A stretch of 61,016 nt of DNA, taken from Myxococcales bacterium. Its GTDB lineage: Bacteria > Myxococcota_A > Polyangia > Polyangiales > JAFGIB01. The stretch covers positions 1 to 61,016 of the forward strand of contig JAPPOR010000087.1 of NCBI GenBank assembly GCA_028817905.1. The letters are read 5' to 3'. Positions 46,491-55,605 of this stretch are shown here, piece after piece. The translations under genes and the position numbers were made by a program. The stretch's first letter is position 1, and every line of letters begins with the position of its first letter. The notes under the pieces are model-generated. The model ran no database searches. It saw only the letters and a program-made list of their open reading frames with translations, and was not told the DNA's origin.

Positions 46491-47596
46491 GCAGACCGGC
46501 GGGGCCGCGCAGTGAGGATCGCCGGATGGGGGACAGCCCCGCTCTGGTTGCGCTGGCCAGCGTCCCCGATGGAGACCGCACGTTTGCGTGTCGTCGGTTC
46601 GCCTTCCTCGAGCAGCGAGGCCACGTTCAAGCCCGCCGCCAACTTGCGCTCGACCTCGCCACGATTGCCCACGTGAGGCGAAAGCGCACGCGCAAGGGCC
46701 CGGGCCGATGGCAGACGATCCCCGGGTTCCCGACGCAGCAGGCGGTCGACCAACGCGTCCATTGCGCGGTCCACGCCGGGCATCACATCACTCACACGAG
46801 GTGCCTGCTCGCGAATGATGCGCAGCAATAGCTTCGACACGGATGGTGCCCGAAACGGCAGTTTTCCGGTCAAGCACTCGAACATCACCATCCCGAGACC
46901 AAACAGGTCCGCACGCGCGTCCACCTCCGCCCGGCCGGAAGCCTGCTCAGGGGACACGTAGCTCGGCGTGCCGAACACTTTCCCTTCTTCGCGCATGCGC
47001 TCGTCAGCGGGTGCCGCTGTACTGGCGCACACACCGAAATCGAGTAGGTGGATGGTCAGGTCGTCGGTGGCACTACGGCCGAGCAGGACATGCTCGGGCT
47101 TCACATCCCGGTGTACATAGCCGGCGCAATGGGCGCTATGGAGAATCGCTGCCACCCGGCTGGCCACAACCGCCACCTGCCTGACCGTAAGCTGCCGCCG
47201 ACGGGACAATAGCCTCGCGAGGCTTTCTCCCGACAACAGGGGCATCACGACGTAGGGAGATCCATCGCTGAGAATGCCCTCATCGAGCACTTGGACGACG
47301 CCGGGGTGGCGCACCCGTCGCGCGACTTCGGCCTCACGCTGCAACCGCCGGCCCAGGTCCGGATGTCCGACAAAACAGGGCCGCAGGGTCTTGATCGCAA
47401 CCCGGCCGGCATCGCGCTCACAGGCCGCCTCGAACACCACGCCAGTCCCGCCAACCCCTATCTGACGGGAGACGCGATAGCGCCCATCGAGAACATGCCC
47501 ACACAGGTCCTGACGCTCTTGGCTGGGTCTCGCCACGAGCTCACCTTCGGAGCTGCCGCACGTGCCGTCAACAAAACGGTCGATCCGAAGCCGCAC
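46487..47596 (-). CDS. serine/threonine protein kinase (Hanks type)
   Basis: IGVGGTGVVFEA, VAIKTL, YVHRDVKPEHVLL, DFGVCAS and GTPSYVSPEQ. GTG start. Confidence 0.9.
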   Translation of the reverse strand: MRLRIDRFVDGTCGSSEGELVARPSQERQDLCGHVLDGRYRVSRQIGVGGTGVVFEAACERDAGRVAIKTLRPCFVGHPDLGRRLQREAEVARRVRHPGVVQVLDEGILSDGSPYVVMPLLSGESLARLLSRRRQLTVRQVAVVASRVAAILHSAHCAGYVHRDVKPEHVLLGRSATDDLTIHLLDFGVCASTAAPADERMREEGKVFGTPSYVSPEQASGRAEVDARADLFGLGMVMFECLTGKLPFRAPSVSKLLLRIIREQAPRVSDVMPGVDRAMDALVDRLLRREPGDRLPSARALARALSPHVGNRGEVERKLAAGLNVASLLEEGEPTTRKRAVSIGDAGQRNQSGAVPHPAILTARPRRSA

Positions 47597-47698
47597 CGAG
47601 CCATTTACTTGACAGCCAGGTTCGTCGTTTCGTCCTCGCTCAACCCCGGCTCCGCAGGTGCGCTTGCATGGTCGCGTCCATTGGGGGTCTAGCTAGCA

Positions 47699-47717
47699 AG
47701 CTTCCCGAAGGGAAGCT
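47699..47717 (-). terminator. hairpin AGCTTCCC-GAA-GGGAAGCT just downstream of the methyltransferase stop
   Basis: 8-bp stem. It is part of a 24-nt block shared with the 55196-55230 terminator. Confidence 0.45.
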
Positions 47718-47722
47718 CCAGG

Positions 47723-49024
47723 TCAGACCCGGAGCGCGATGAGGTGCTCCCGCCGGGCACGACCACCCTGGAAGTCGGGGCGTGGCTGCGAGGCTGACGC
47801 CCGAAAACGAAGCCCGGCCATGGGTGCAAGCGCCTGCACTTGACGACTGGCGTCGAGGCGCTGACCGCCGACATGGGCATCCCCCAGCCACAGCAGGATC
47901 CACCCTTCCCGCGCCGTCACCCTGGCCATGGCCGCAAGGGCATCGCCGAGCTCCCGCTCCCACGTGCGAACGGCGACCCCGGGGGCCGCCTGGGCCAGAT
48001 TGCGACGGGCCCCGATCTCCCCGGCCCTCAGGTTCCGATCCGACATGCCGAACCAAGGATAGCGGCGTGCGTGATGGTCCACGTAGTCATACGTCCCGCC
48101 ATAGGGCGGCGAAGTCAGCACGAGACCAGCCGCAAAGCCCGGTGGCAGGGCCTCGGATAGACGTCTCGCATCCGCTTCGACCAGCTCGACCGGGGGCGGC
48201 TCGGGGCCGGCGTGCGAGATGACCTCGGCCAAGTCCGACAGGCGATCGCACAGTTCGTTGCCACGCCGCGCAAAGAGCTCGGTAACCAGCCCCTTGCGTA
48301 TCCGCCGCTCGACGATCTGCTCCGAAGTGTTTGCCCGTTGCCGCGAGAACTTCACCAGCAACGAGGAGAACACCACCTCGAGCGCGGCCAGGTCCACAGC
48401 CGACTGCAGCGCCTGCACCTCTGCGTGTAGACCCGCAAGCTCCAGCAGCACGTGCGGTGCGTAGAAAGCGCGCTCCCGAACGGGAAGTGGTGCGCGGACA
48501 CGTACGCGACCCCGCACACGGGCACTGGAACCCTCGGCAACCCGGACGACGGCCGCGCGCAGGCGCGCAAGGGACGCCTCGTCCCGATGCTGGCACTGGA
48601 CTGCTGCGATCTTGAGCGCGATCGGGTTGAGGTCCACACCGACAGCGGGCACGCCACGAGCACGAGCCTCAACCAGAACGGTACCACTGCCACAGAACGG
48701 ATCGAGCACCGGCCCGCCTTCGACCGACGCAAACGCCTCCAGCGCGGCGCCGGCCAGGGGCGGATGCATACGGGCAGGGTATCCGTGAAAGCCGTGGGTC
48801 AAGCGCTCGTTCGAAACGCGCCCGGCCTGTGCGAGCACCTGAGCCAGGCGAGCCGCGACGCGCTCATCGCCCACACGGTCGATGGCCCCTCCCTGGTGCA
48901 TCAACGCACGCCGGGCGCGCTGCATAGGCGCGCGCCCTGCACGGCCTCGCGACGCCCCTGGTTCAGGTCGTGCCCGTGTGGTTCGTGTGGTTCGCCTGCC
49001 TCGCGCCATGGAACGGTTCCGCAC
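47723..49024 (-). CDS. SAM-dependent N-methyltransferase (motif I DPFCGSGT upstream, motif IV SPPY downstream); DNA or RNA target unresolved
   Basis: HGYPARMHPPLAGAALEAFASVEGGPVLDPFCGSGTVLVEA, and about 190 aa later LVLTSPPYGGTYDY. GTG start 2 nt after the upstream stop. Confidence 0.75.
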   Translation of the reverse strand: MRNRSMARGRRTTRTTRARPEPGASRGRAGRAPMQRARRALMHQGGAIDRVGDERVAARLAQVLAQAGRVSNERLTHGFHGYPARMHPPLAGAALEAFASVEGGPVLDPFCGSGTVLVEARARGVPAVGVDLNPIALKIAAVQCQHRDEASLARLRAAVVRVAEGSSARVRGRVRVRAPLPVRERAFYAPHVLLELAGLHAEVQALQSAVDLAALEVVFSSLLVKFSRQRANTSEQIVERRIRKGLVTELFARRGNELCDRLSDLAEVISHAGPEPPPVELVEADARRLSEALPPGFAAGLVLTSPPYGGTYDYVDHHARRYPWFGMSDRNLRAGEIGARRNLAQAAPGVAVRTWERELGDALAAMARVTAREGWILLWLGDAHVGGQRLDASRQVQALAPMAGLRFRASASQPRPDFQGGRARREHLIALRV

Positions 49025-49026
49025 GC

Positions 49027-50070
49027 CTACTCCGGCCGGCCCCGACGGTCGAGCAGTATCGCAGGCACATGCTGCCCGACGACCCCCTGCGCCCGCTGCC
49101 GCTGGCGCGGACTATTGGGCTCCTGGGCGGAGATCGACAGATCGAAGAACGCCCTCAACGCGTGGGCCTCCGGGGTACGGGCACCGGCGTGGTCACGGGC
49201 CACAAACGACCTGTGCCGTACCCTGTCGCGCCCATCCCCAACACCGGATCGCGGCGGCGGCCCGGCAAGCTCGGCCGTCGTGCCCCGAGGCCAAGCGAGC
49301 GTCCACACACAGAAGAGCGGAGCTTTGTAGCGTGCCGCTGGCCACACCTTGCGTTCGCTGACGACCCGAAGACCTGCAGACGCAGCGCTCTGGTAGAGCC
49401 GCTCGGGCGCTCGGGCATCGCCGCATACCACCACGTGGCCGTCAGGCGCGAGCAGACGTGCGGCCGCCCGCACGTAGTCTTCGACGCCGCCACGGAGCTC
49501 AACGCGCGCGTGTGCGCGCTGGGAATCGGGAGAGATCGTACCCCTGCCGACGGGCTGATATGGGGGGGTCCCCGTCACCAGGTCGTGACGGGCACCACCG
49601 AGCTGCGCCGCCAGCGCCTCGGAACGCAGGTCCGCCTGCAGAAGTGTCACACGGCGGGCGACGCCATTGCGGGCCACGTTGCGGAGCGCGAGCGCGTGGG
49701 ACTCTTCCTGGGCCTCGATCCCGATCAAACGGGCCCGCGGAAACTTGTAGGCCAGCATGAGTAGCACCGAGCCAATCCCGCACCCCAGGTCCACGATGGA
49801 CGCGGGCGCCGCTGCTCGCCCGGGAGGACACGCGGGGCCCCCCTGGTCGCTCCGTTCCTGACGAGCATCCCGCGCCCAGGCCTCCCCGGGCTCGGACGAG
49901 CAGGCAGGTGTCGCGCCGGTGGTTGGCTCGGTGGCCGCCCCTGGAAAGAGCATCCCGGCCTCCCAAGCCGTCACACAGTCGTCGAGCGAATACCGGTGGC
50001 CCCGCCGACGCTGAAAGACGCGAAACCCGCCGGTCAAGGCGTCGTCGGTGAGATCATCCAAGGCCGACAT
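49027..50070 (-). CDS. methyltransferase-small-domain protein (TrmN6/YfiC-like, TPPY motif) with Pro/Ala-rich insertion
   Basis: FRVFQRRRGHRYSLDD, IVDLGCGIGSV, DLVTGTPPYQP and RVELRGGVEDY. About 50 aa of low complexity is inserted before motif I. Confidence 0.75.
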   Translation of the reverse strand: MSALDDLTDDALTGGFRVFQRRRGHRYSLDDCVTAWEAGMLFPGAATEPTTGATPACSSEPGEAWARDARQERSDQGGPACPPGRAAAPASIVDLGCGIGSVLLMLAYKFPRARLIGIEAQEESHALALRNVARNGVARRVTLLQADLRSEALAAQLGGARHDLVTGTPPYQPVGRGTISPDSQRAHARVELRGGVEDYVRAAARLLAPDGHVVVCGDARAPERLYQSAASAGLRVVSERKVWPAARYKAPLFCVWTLAWPRGTTAELAGPPPRSGVGDGRDRVRHRSFVARDHAGARTPEAHALRAFFDLSISAQEPNSPRQRQRAQGVVGQHVPAILLDRRGRPE

Positions 50071-50156
50071 ACCTGCCTACATACGAGACGCATCTCGGCA
50101 TGTCAGCCATCGATGGGAGAGTTGCAAGGCCGCAGGGCAAATGGGAAGAAGGGCCC

Positions 50157-50642
50157 ATGGCGAACCTCCATGATTTCCAAGCCAAGACCATCGACGGTCA
50201 AGACGCCTCCCTTTCGGATTACTCCGGCAAGGCGCTGCTGGTCGTCAACGTAGCCTCCAAGTGCGGCCTGACCCCGCACTACGCCGGCCTGCAGAAGCTG
50301 CAGGACCGCTACGCAGACCGTGGGTTTTCGGTTCTGGGCTTCCCCTGCAATCAGTTCGCAGGCCAGGAACCGGGCACCGAAGCGGAGATCAAAACCTTCT
50401 GCGAGAGCACCTATGCCGTGACGTTCCCGCTGTTCGCCAAAATCGACGTCAACGGCGCCGACCGCCATCCGCTCTACGGCTACCTCACCGAACAGCCCAC
50501 GGAGCCCGCCGGCCCGGGTGATATCAAGTGGAATTTCGAGAAGTTCCTGGTGGACGGTACGGGTGCCGTGCGGGCCCGCTTCGCACCCCCTACAGAGCCC
50601 GATGATCCCGCGCTCGTGCAAGCCCTGGAAGCGCTCCTGTAG
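50157..50642 (+). CDS. glutathione peroxidase
   Basis: LVVNVASKCGLTPHY, LGFPCNQFAGQEPG and IKWNFEKFLV. The active site is Cys (TGC), not Sec. Confidence 0.92.
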   Translation: MANLHDFQAKTIDGQDASLSDYSGKALLVVNVASKCGLTPHYAGLQKLQDRYADRGFSVLGFPCNQFAGQEPGTEAEIKTFCESTYAVTFPLFAKIDVNGADRHPLYGYLTEQPTEPAGPGDIKWNFEKFLVDGTGAVRARFAPPTEPDDPALVQALEALL

Positions 50643-51055
50643 GCACGGGACCCCCCGGTTTTGCGAGCCTCCTCACCTATTTTGATTGCCCAAGCGAAAT
50701 ATACTGCTAGTCTGTGCAGTCCACTGCACCTGCTTCCATCCCGTGGCAACGGACCGTGCGGCCCCGGGGCCAGCACGGTGAGAGGTCGATCCGACGCCTT
50801 GGGCTCCCAGGAGCGGCGCATGAACGGTGGGGTGCACTGTGGCGGCGCGGTCGGGCTCGTGGTGGTTGAGCCCGACCCGCCTCCCGATTGTTCCGACCCC
50901 AAGCCCGCCTACCCGGTGCAGCCCGACCTGACTCCCCTCTCCCAAGGGACAAGCAGCCCCCATCCCCGGCTGCAAGAGCGCCTGGGGGTCACGGAACACC
51001 CGAGCCCACGGGCCCACCCAGGCACATCACAGGCCGACAGCCAGGTCGGCACCCA

Positions 51056-51643
51056 GTGACCTCCGCGCCGGACGGGGGTGGCCCATCTGCGCACACCAGA
51101 CCTGACGGTCCTCCAGAAGCGGACAAAGCACCGTTTCCCTGGACGCGCGCCATCATCAAGGGAATCGCCGCACTCGCAGTCTTCACGTACGTGGCGCAGT
51201 TCTTCCCTGGCAACGCCCCCAGCACGTTGAAAATCGGCAGCCAGGCGCCGGGGTTCGTCGCGCATCTCGACAACGGTCGCAAGCTCGACCTACACGCGGA
51301 TCTGGGCCAACCGTTGGTGCTCACCTTCTGGGCATCCTGGTGCGCGTCATGCCGAGCGGAAGCGCCAACCCTGAGCGCCCTTCACGATCGCGGCATCCTG
51401 GTCGTGGGCGTCAATCTCGAGGAACTCAGCACTGCCCAGGTGCAGGCGCAAGCACGCGCGATGGGCATCACGTTTCCCACCATCGCGGGCAGAGCGGAGT
51501 TGGCCGAGCGCTACCGGGTACGAAGCATCCCGACAACGTATGTCATCGCATCCGATGGCACGATCGTATCCGCCCACGGTGGCGCCGCCTCCGATGAGCA
51601 GCTGACGGAGGCGATCGAAGAGGCCCGTACGCGCGACATTTGA
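51056..51643 (+). CDS. TlpA-family membrane-anchored thioredoxin/redoxin
   Basis: TM helix IIKGIAALAVFTYVAQFF, then VLTFWASWCASCRAEAP (CxxC). Start is uncertain: GTG 51056 is preferred because codons between 50888 and 51055 have poor third-position GC. Confidence 0.75.
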   Translation: MTSAPDGGGPSAHTRPDGPPEADKAPFPWTRAIIKGIAALAVFTYVAQFFPGNAPSTLKIGSQAPGFVAHLDNGRKLDLHADLGQPLVLTFWASWCASCRAEAPTLSALHDRGILVVGVNLEELSTAQVQAQARAMGITFPTIAGRAELAERYRVRSIPTTYVIASDGTIVSAHGGAASDEQLTEAIEEARTRDI

Positions 51644-51690
51644 CAGAATAGACGACCGCGTGTGAAACCGTGCGCTGGAGGCCACTGCCC

Positions 51691-52464
51691 ATGCGTCACG
51701 TGATCTTCGCAAACCTCGTTTCCCTGCAAGCCGAAGCAGCCGCCACGACCGCTGGCCAAGCGCTCGACCCTTGGGAACTGGTCATGAGTGCTTCGCTCGT
51801 TGTCACACTGGTTCTGATCACGCTGGTGCTGATGTCGCTCTCATGCTGGTTCATCATCGGCGCCAAACTGGTACGGATCTCAGCGGCCACGCGCAAGAGC
51901 GGCGACTTTCTCGACCAGTTCTGGGACCCGGACCAGGGCAACGTCTGGAACGTCGAACGGCTCGAACGCCTGTACAGCAACCTGGGCCGTAGCAAGACGA
52001 AGGATTCCCCGCTAGGCGACGTGTTCCACGCGGGCTACGTGGAGCTGGCACGGGTGCTTGGCAGCGACCGGCACGCTGACCACAAGCACTACGGCGGAGA
52101 CATCGACAACGTGGCGCGTGCCATGCGCCGGGCCGCAGCCAACCAGGTAACGCGCCTGGAGGCCATGACGCCCTTCCTCGCCACCACCGGATCCACGGCC
52201 CCATTTGTGGGGCTGTTCGGAACCGTCTGGGGCATCATGAACTCCTTCATCAACATCGGCTCGCAGAAGAACGCGAGCTTGGACGTGGTCGCCCCGGGCA
52301 TCGCCGAGGCCCTGATCGCCACCGCCATCGGTTTGGTCGCGGCGATTCCGGCCGTGATGGCGTACAATTACTTCGTTCGGCGCATCAATGTGCTGGCTGG
52401 GGAGATGGACAACTTCGCCAGCGATTATCTCAACATCATCCGCCGTCACTTCCTGGCGAACTAG
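51691..52464 (+). CDS. tolQ: Tol-Pal system protein TolQ (MotA/TolQ/ExbB family)
   Basis: Three TM segments, FLATTGSTAPFVGLFGTVWGIMNSF and GIAEALIATAIGL. tolR, tolA and tolB follow. ATG at 51691. Confidence 0.88.
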   Translation: MRHVIFANLVSLQAEAAATTAGQALDPWELVMSASLVVTLVLITLVLMSLSCWFIIGAKLVRISAATRKSGDFLDQFWDPDQGNVWNVERLERLYSNLGRSKTKDSPLGDVFHAGYVELARVLGSDRHADHKHYGGDIDNVARAMRRAAANQVTRLEAMTPFLATTGSTAPFVGLFGTVWGIMNSFINIGSQKNASLDVVAPGIAEALIATAIGLVAAIPAVMAYNYFVRRINVLAGEMDNFASDYLNIIRRHFLAN

Positions 52465-52481
52465 GACGGAGGGGCGACGCC

Positions 52482-52895
52482 ATGGGCATGTCCACGGGCG
52501 GCGGCAAGGGACCGCTGAGCGAGATCAACGTCACCCCTCTGGTGGACGTGATGTTGGTCCTGCTTATCATCTTCATGGTGAGTGCTCCGATGATGACCAA
52601 GGGCGTCGAAATCGACTTGCCCAAGACCCACGCACCCCGCATGGACATGGAAGAGGAAAAGCTTCTGTTAACCATCACCAAGGAACGGAAGGTGCTGCTG
52701 GGCGAAACCGAAATCCCCTACGACAAGCTGGAGAATGCGCTCACGACCAACGACCGCCTGCAGCGAGAGCGCGAGCTCTACTTGCAGGCGGATGAGACGG
52801 TGCCCTACGGATTCGTTGCCAAGGTCATGGCGTTGGTGCGTCGCGGCGGCATCGAGAAGCTGGGGCTGGTCACCGACCCGCTGCAGGCCGAATAG
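52482..52895 (+). CDS. tolR: Tol-Pal system protein TolR (ExbD/TolR family)
   Basis: EINVTPLVDVMLVLLIIFMV with the conserved Asp, and a periplasmic domain LYLQADETVPYG. Confidence 0.88.
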   Translation: MGMSTGGGKGPLSEINVTPLVDVMLVLLIIFMVSAPMMTKGVEIDLPKTHAPRMDMEEEKLLLTITKERKVLLGETEIPYDKLENALTTNDRLQRERELYLQADETVPYGFVAKVMALVRRGGIEKLGLVTDPLQAE

Positions 52896-52916
52896 CAGGA
52901 CGCGAGCGGGCCAGCG

Positions 52917-53690
52917 ATGCGCGTCTATCCCGGCGATTTTCAGCCCTCCAACCTGCTCGGCAGGAGCAGCATGACGCCCAGCGCATGGATCGCCGGAATT
53001 CTTGCGTCCGTGCTCGCCCACGGGCTCGTCATCGGCGCTTCCATCGGCGCCAGTATGACCGAGCTGACGGACCACGAACCCCAGAACTACATCGAGGAGC
53101 GGGTGGTCGAGGCCCGCTTTGTCAGGCTGGGCAAGAAGCCCGAAAAGCGGCGCCTTCCGAAGCGACGGGTACCCCGCAAAACCACGGCACCCAAGGACAG
53201 CGTCGCGGTCTCCAAGAACATGGACCCGCCCAAGCCGAAGAAGCGGGACAAGCGGCCGGAAAATGCGACCGAGGATCTGCTGACGCGCCTGGGCGACCGT
53301 GCCCAGGCGTTCGCCGAGATCGCAGAGGCCCAGGAGCGCGAGGGCGATCCGGAGGGCCTCGTCGACGGCACCGAGACCGAAGCCAAGGAAGGCGACATCT
53401 ACCGTGGCAAGCTGGTCATGTTCTTCAAGCGCGGGTGGACCATTCCGACCACGTTGGGGGACACGAAGAAACTCGTGACGGTCACGCGCATCGAGATCAC
53501 CCGAGACCTCCACATCGGGCCCCACAGGATCGTCAAGTCCAGCGGCGAGCCGCTGTTCGACCAGTCGGTGGAGGACAGAATCATCCAGCTGCGGGAATTG
53601 GGCACGACCATCCCAAAGCCACCCCCGGAGGTGGCCAACCAGTACCTGGGCAAGAAGATCACAGTGAACTTCGACGGCCGAAACCAATGA
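52917..53690 (+). CDS. tolA: TolA-like / TonB C-terminal domain protein
   Basis: N-terminal TM (WIAGILASVLAHGLVIG), Lys/Pro/Glu-rich spacer, and a C-terminal globular domain. The position between tolR and tolB supports the call. ATG 52971 (after AGGAG) is an alternative start. Confidence 0.7.
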   Translation: MRVYPGDFQPSNLLGRSSMTPSAWIAGILASVLAHGLVIGASIGASMTELTDHEPQNYIEERVVEARFVRLGKKPEKRRLPKRRVPRKTTAPKDSVAVSKNMDPPKPKKRDKRPENATEDLLTRLGDRAQAFAEIAEAQEREGDPEGLVDGTETEAKEGDIYRGKLVMFFKRGWTIPTTLGDTKKLVTVTRIEITRDLHIGPHRIVKSSGEPLFDQSVEDRIIQLRELGTTIPKPPPEVANQYLGKKITVNFDGRNQ

Positions 53691-53772
53691 GGGTTGCGAC
53701 CCAGCCAAACCGCTGGGAATATCTCCCCGGCCTGCTTCGTCATCCCAATAACCCCTGGGAAATCAACCCGCT

Positions 53773-55095
53773 ATGACACACTTGCCGCGCCTGCTTCCGC
53801 TTCTTCCATCCCTCCTTTGCGCCGCTTCGATTGGCCTGTCCAGCCTGTGGGGCGCGGCCCCGGCCGCCGGTCAGGTCCCGATCGTCCCCAGCGATGCCGA
53901 GGAGCCGCCCCTGCCAACGCGGGTGGTCATCGACGTCACGTCGCCCGAGCGCGCCCTGTACCGGATCGCCGTGCCGAACCTTTTGGACGGTGGGCAACTG
54001 GGCGCCCAGGGCGCAGAGGTCATCCGCAATGACCTGCGGCTGGTCTCGCTGTTCCAGGTGCTCGACTCTCGCTCGTTCATCGCAGACATGGAGAAGGAGG
54101 GGCTCAGCATCACGAAGACCCCCTGGTCGACGGTCGGCGCCCAAGGCGTGGTGAAGGGCAAGCTCACGCGCAGCGGCAACTCGATCGTGGTCGAGATGCG
54201 CCTGTTCGAGATCGCGCGCGGACAAACACCGGTCCTGAGCAAGCGCTACCGCGGCAATGCAAGCCAGCTGCGCCGCTTCATGCACGACTTCGCCAACCAG
54301 ATCATGAAGACCCTGACGGGCAAGGCCGGCGCCTTCGGCTCACGCATCGTCTTCGCGCGGCGCGTCGGCCCCGGGCGCAAGGACATCTACGTAGCCGACT
54401 TCGATGGCTACAAACAGGGGCGCGTTTCGAGCGGCAAGGGCACATCCATGCTGCCATCCTTCGGGCCCGGGGGCGTGTGGTTTTCGGTCCTCAACGACCG
54501 TGGGATGTGCATCACGCACAGCAAGGCCGAAAAGCCCATCATCCAGGGAGGCGGCCTCAACATGGGTGTGACGATCTGCAATGGGCGAGCCTACTTTAGC
54601 TCCACCCGCGACGGTAACAGCGAGATCTACAGCGCCCGTCTGGACGGCACCGACGTCAAGCGCCTCACCGATCACCCGGGCATCGACGTGAGCCCGGCAT
54701 GCGGACCGGGTGGCAAGCTGGCCTTCGTCTCCTCCCGCCATGGGGGACCCCAGATCTTCACCATGAATGGCGACGGCAGCAACATCAAGCGCATCACCTA
54801 CAAGGGCGGCCACAACCAGACCCCCGCCTGGTGCCATGACCCACAGAACCCGATGATCGCGTTCTCAGGTCGCGACGGCGGCGCCTACGACATTTTCACG
54901 CTGAACCTCAAGACCGGCGAATACACGCGCTTAACGCAGGGACAGGGCAACAACCAGGATCCGGCCTTCTCGCCCGACTGCCGGATGGTGGCCTTCGCCT
55001 CGTCACGCGGCGGCATCTTCATCAGCAACCCCGAGGGCCTCAACCAGACCAAGATCATCAACGGTTCGGTCTCCACCGTCCGCTGGTCCAGATAG
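53773..55095 (+). CDS. tolB: Tol-Pal system beta-propeller protein TolB
   Basis: Signal peptide, N-terminal domain, then repeated WD-like blades (IVFARRVGPGRKDIYVADFDG, SPACGPGGKLAFVSSRHGGPQIF, PAFSPDCRMVAFAS). Confidence 0.92.
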   Translation: MTHLPRLLPLLPSLLCAASIGLSSLWGAAPAAGQVPIVPSDAEEPPLPTRVVIDVTSPERALYRIAVPNLLDGGQLGAQGAEVIRNDLRLVSLFQVLDSRSFIADMEKEGLSITKTPWSTVGAQGVVKGKLTRSGNSIVVEMRLFEIARGQTPVLSKRYRGNASQLRRFMHDFANQIMKTLTGKAGAFGSRIVFARRVGPGRKDIYVADFDGYKQGRVSSGKGTSMLPSFGPGGVWFSVLNDRGMCITHSKAEKPIIQGGGLNMGVTICNGRAYFSSTRDGNSEIYSARLDGTDVKRLTDHPGIDVSPACGPGGKLAFVSSRHGGPQIFTMNGDGSNIKRITYKGGHNQTPAWCHDPQNPMIAFSGRDGGAYDIFTLNLKTGEYTRLTQGQGNNQDPAFSPDCRMVAFASSRGGIFISNPEGLNQTKIINGSVSTVRWSR

Positions 55096-55186
55096 GGATA
55101 CCCCCTGGGTATGCCTATCTAGCGGGAGCGCGTGCGCGTGTCCCCGAGCCGTCCCATTCGAGGGAAGCGTGGCCCTCTCCGTGCAC

Positions 55187-55230
55187 AAAAAAACCTGACC
55201 TGGGAACTCCCGAAGGGAAGTTCCAGGTCA
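55187..55230 (-). terminator. intrinsic terminator for the minus-strand operon (16-bp bulged stem, GAA loop, U7 tail); may also stop tolB read-through
   Basis: The plus strand reads AAAAAAA CC TGACCTGGGAACTCCC GAA GGGAAGTTCCAGGTCA. The TGA stop of ORF 55228..55470 forms the first 3 nt of the stem on the minus strand. Confidence 0.7.
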
Positions 55231-55470
55231 CAACAGCTCGACGATCCAAGTGACGGTGCGCGTGTACCAGGCGTCCGGATGCTGGGCGCCGAGGTGCACT
55301 CCGTACAGCAACAATCCGCCGGCGACCAGCGCCGGCAGGAAGAACCATAGGGTGAGTCGCACAAGGGGACTCCGGCGGCCCCTGTCCGGCGGTTCGGCAG
55401 CGTGGCGGCGTGTCGTAGCGTCCTCACCCACCACCTCGTCGGGAAGGTGATCTAGGCCGCGATGGTCCAT
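55228..55470 (-). CDS. small hypothetical membrane protein (80 aa), paralogous to the N-terminus of the upstream gene
   Basis: LVRLTLWFFLPALVAGGLLLYGVHLGAQH parallels ARVVLWFTGPVFVALFLVAWGIHLGSVH in the 55606..56682 product. A canonical terminator follows. Confidence 0.45.
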   Translation of the reverse strand: MDHRGLDHLPDEVVGEDATTRRHAAEPPDRGRRSPLVRLTLWFFLPALVAGGLLLYGVHLGAQHPDAWYTRTVTWIVELL

Positions 55471-55605
55471 CCTACCTCCCCCGCCCGAACGGCTTTAGCC
55501 GGTTCCCAGGCCCAGCTCCGTGGGGAGCGTATTCGGTCACGCCCCGACTGCCCTGCAAAACCGGAGGCAAGCGCGAAGGGCGCGCGCGATGCTGCACCTT
55601 CCGGC

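Noticed and set aside
50250-50262. Selenocysteine recoding in the glutathione peroxidase.
   Set aside because: The active-site codon in NVASKCGLT is TGC (Cys). There is no in-frame TGA and no SECIS-like hairpin.
50661-51059. 132-aa ORF, and the Pro-rich extension of the redoxin gene (from 50888), in the 400-bp gap after gpx.
   Set aside because: Third-position GC is poor, the sequence is low-complexity Pro/Gly/Ser and no start context is evident. The region is more likely non-coding. It contains a TATACT hexamer and a GTGCAG-TCCA-CTGCAC hairpin at 50714-50729, but I could not assemble a convincing promoter or RNA.
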